A stretch of 64,000 nucleotides of DNA from Psammoneis japonica (lineage: Eukaryota): the NCBI GenBank assembly GCA_008632985.1, contig QPGO01000099.1, positions 227,679 through 291,678 of the forward strand. The letters run 5' to 3'. Position numbers and translations under genes: made by a program. The notes under the pieces were generated by a model that ran no database searches, was not told the DNA's origin, and was given only the letters and a program-made list of their open reading frames with translations. How positions within the stretch are numbered: position 1 is the stretch's first letter; every line of letters begins with the position of its first letter. Positions 63,490 through 64,000 of this stretch are shown here, piece by piece.

Positions 63490-64000
63490 ATGGCTGTTAT
63501 GTGGCGCTTGTTGCGTCTTTTTGGTCGCGGATCATTACTTCTTCTCGCAAGCCACTGCTGTGTTGCCCATGGGCTCGCTCCTCCCCAGATTTCTGTCAGG
63601 AAAGCTTCCTCCATGCTAGATGTAATGAAGCTTGCGGATTTACGTTACGATGAATGGATTTCAGGCAAGTTTGACACGAGCCGCGATGCGTTTCGGGCAG
63701 CGACCGCTGAACTCGTTGAGGAACGAAAAGCTGATGCTACGGTGTTTCTGGCTGAGCTGGGAAGGGTAACCGTGGGTGCTGCTGAACTCAGTGCATTGGA
63801 GCTACAAGGGGCCCTAGCATCAAAAAACTTGGCGCTCTATGTAACGGATGTCGTGACGGCTCAAGAGCATCGTCGCAAAGGCGTTGCTCGAGCCCTTATG
63901 GATGCCATGGAGAAAAATGCCAGTCAGCAAGGTGTGAAGTACTTGCTTTTGCACGTGGAGGATACAAACGTCGCGGCGCAGCGCTTTTACGAAAAGGCCG
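63490..64000 (+). CDS. GNAT-family acetyltransferase, truncated by the window end
   Basis: Open frame MAVMWRLLRLF.. containing LYVTDVVTAQEHRRKGVARALM (acetyl-CoA motif A) and LHVEDTNVAAQRFYEK (motif B). Confidence 0.9.
   Translation, partial: MAVMWRLLRLFGRGSLLLLASHCCVAHGLAPPQISVRKASSMLDVMKLADLRYDEWISGKFDTSRDAFRAATAELVEERKADATVFLAELGRVTVGAAELSALELQGALASKNLALYVTDVVTAQEHRRKGVARALMDAMEKNASQQGVKYLLLHVEDTNVAAQRFYEKA

Overview
Eukaryotic, gene-dense DNA with short GT-AG introns, most consistent with a pennate diatom (inference from the CDC48 sequence, a putative atypical secreted alkaline phosphatase, helicase-associated-repeat helicases and typical diatom orphan families). Recognisable genes: an SLC25 carrier, a two-PH-domain protein, a divergent pair of FG-GAP beta-propeller membrane proteins, three 'VRF...RGLE' orphan paralogues, an alkaline phosphatase, CDC48/p97, a secreted Cys-repeat/LRR protein, a TMEM144-like transporter, a pirin, two XPA-C-like proteins and a GNAT cut by the window end. 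Many genes carry isolated 1-bp frameshifts, probably assembly errors. The most striking signal is compositional. About 13 kb in four sharply bounded blocks (~14.4-15.6, 24.15-31.45, 44.24-45.6 and 58.37-61.6 kb) has lost almost all TpA and most CpG, judged by eye. Paralogues inside the window show the direction: TA->TG/CA together with CG->TG/CA, turning Tyr codons into Cys/His. This suggests a RIP-like regional hypermutation process with an A:T->G:C component, which may also leak into the neighbouring phosphatase gene. Other notable items: an array of symmetric phase-1 micro-exons each encoding one Cys-bounded repeat; five decayed copies of a DEAH helicase with HA repeats; a ~4-kb inverted duplication carrying a captured CDC48 3'UTR; CTAG-rich palindromic motifs near the block edges; and fold-back elements.
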